Shown here: positions 62,721 to 64,000 of the stretch, one piece after another
Layout: every line of letters starts with the position of its first letter
Numbering within the stretch: the first letter of the stretch is position 1
Assembly: GCF_004010195.1 (NCBI RefSeq)
Contig: NC_057728.1
Location: 47,774,166 to 47,838,165 of the forward strand
Direction: 5' to 3'
Source of the DNA: Chiloscyllium plagiosum
Taxonomy: Eukaryota
DNA length: 64,000 nt
Translations under genes and position numbers: made by a program
The notes under the pieces: model-generated
The model's input: the letters and a program-made list of their open reading frames with translations, nothing else
Databases searched by the model: none
What the model was told of the DNA's origin: nothing

Positions 62721-64000
62721 CAAAAACCATGTCTATCCCTTATCTTTATCCATGCTCATAGACAATTCAGAGACTCATGATAATAATCCAAAATAAGGAT
62801 CCTGTTTGTAAGTGCGGGTGCCAGACAAGAAAAGAGTCATGTGCTTCAAAGATTGATGAAAATTAATAAATGTCTTATGTATTAAACTATTTTTCTAATC
62901 AACCTATTGTACTAAACAGAACTCAATCACATTAATTAATTTATATTGAGGTTTTGTTTAATTAGCTTAAAATGGCAAAACAAAAATGATTTCTATCATC
63001 TTAAGTGGTGTATTGAAGTTTATGTGCATGTCCACATCAATTAATAAACATCAAAGGAACACACATTGGTTTATGTTAAACCTTGGAGGAGATTCTGCAG
63101 ATTTTAAAGTAGTCTGAATTATGCATATCATCAAAAATTAGTTAACTGCTTAATATGGTATACATATTAAAATCCTTAAATCCAAAGGAGGCCTAGAGTT
63201 TTAAATGGGAACCCTACAGACATAAATTTATTGATATTTCCTGGTTTAAGCTCAAAGATGGTTTCAAGGAATTTGAATGCTGGAATAATTAACATTAACT
63301 CTGTACAGAATCTTCCCATGTCCTGAGTGATGTAGGCTATGGCAGGGAATTTTCGAAAATTAGATGAGATGTCAAGTTAGGCCTTACTAAATATTGAGAT
63401 CAAAACAACTTATTTTCTAATAATGTTCCAGATATCGTGACAAGATTGTTGCTAGTGAGCAGCGAGAGGCCTATTAACCAGGATTATTGCTCATTATTAT
63501 CACCCTCTTTTCCACCCAACCTCAGCTCATTCATAATATGCGGGCTCCCACTCTTCCACCCTAGAAACAAGAAGCCAAGAATTTCTGACATGAAAGTCAG
63601 AGCATGTACCTGGCAACTCAATCTCATTGCTTTCTCTTTCAGGTCTCCATCTTGGACATTCAGCACCAACATCTTAAGCCATGTTTCATGGACAGTAGAT
63701 ACACACCATGGTGGTTGACATCCAACATGTCCCAGCCTCACCACATCACAGTACCTCTTTGAACAGCTTACACAATACAGGTGGTCACCATTATCATGAT
63801 GGAAGGGAATGTGCATCATGATAGTGGGCAGGACTAAACTGTAGTGACAGTGCTCAGTCAGTCAGGATGGGAGTTTCAGTCATAATTCCAGGTGCTGGGT
63901 GGGAACATGTCAGGGGTCAGTGGAGGTGAGCTGTCCAGGGACTGGCAGGAAGGAAAATGCATGGAGGGTAGTGGGAAACTGATGACTAGCTAAGGCTGTG

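Noticed and set aside
63484..63819. Cys-containing minus-strand ORF as LGR exon 1
   Set aside because: It has no signal peptide, no CPxxCxC LRR N-cap pattern and no suitable donor site.
1..64000. CRISPR arrays, operons or other prokaryotic systems
   Set aside because: This is eukaryotic intronic DNA with no repeat-spacer array or dense ORF organisation.

Overview
This is repeat-rich vertebrate genomic DNA. The repeat repertoire (HE1-type V-SINEs with HER1/CR1-like LINE tails, DeuSINEs, abundant Penelope-like elements) points to an elasmobranch (shark), which is an inference. The only host coding sequence I can support is one 72-bp, phase-2/2 leucine-rich-repeat exon on the minus strand (26778-26849, DLSMNNITELPQNGLFNMYFLEEL). 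It matches exon 2 of an LGR4/5/6 R-spondin receptor and is most LGR5-like, so the whole window is probably its introns 1 and 2. The rest is decayed CR1-group LINEs, SINEs, Penelope-like elements (PLEs), Harbinger remnants, possible solo LTRs and one 617-nt N gap. Points of interest: (1) minimal hammerhead-ribozyme motifs with covarying stems in PLE termini, some on the host gene's sense strand; (2) long PLE-derived palindromes with target-site duplications; (3) a ~3.1-kb single-ORF LINE whose 5' end is a tRNA-like Pol III head shared with nearby bipartite SINEs; (4) a ~500-bp mosaic templated insertion inside a PLE reverse transcriptase; (5) CpG-retaining and TE-free intronic blocks that may be regulatory. 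Repeat boundaries are by-eye estimates, and family names come from recalled consensus motifs rather than a database search.
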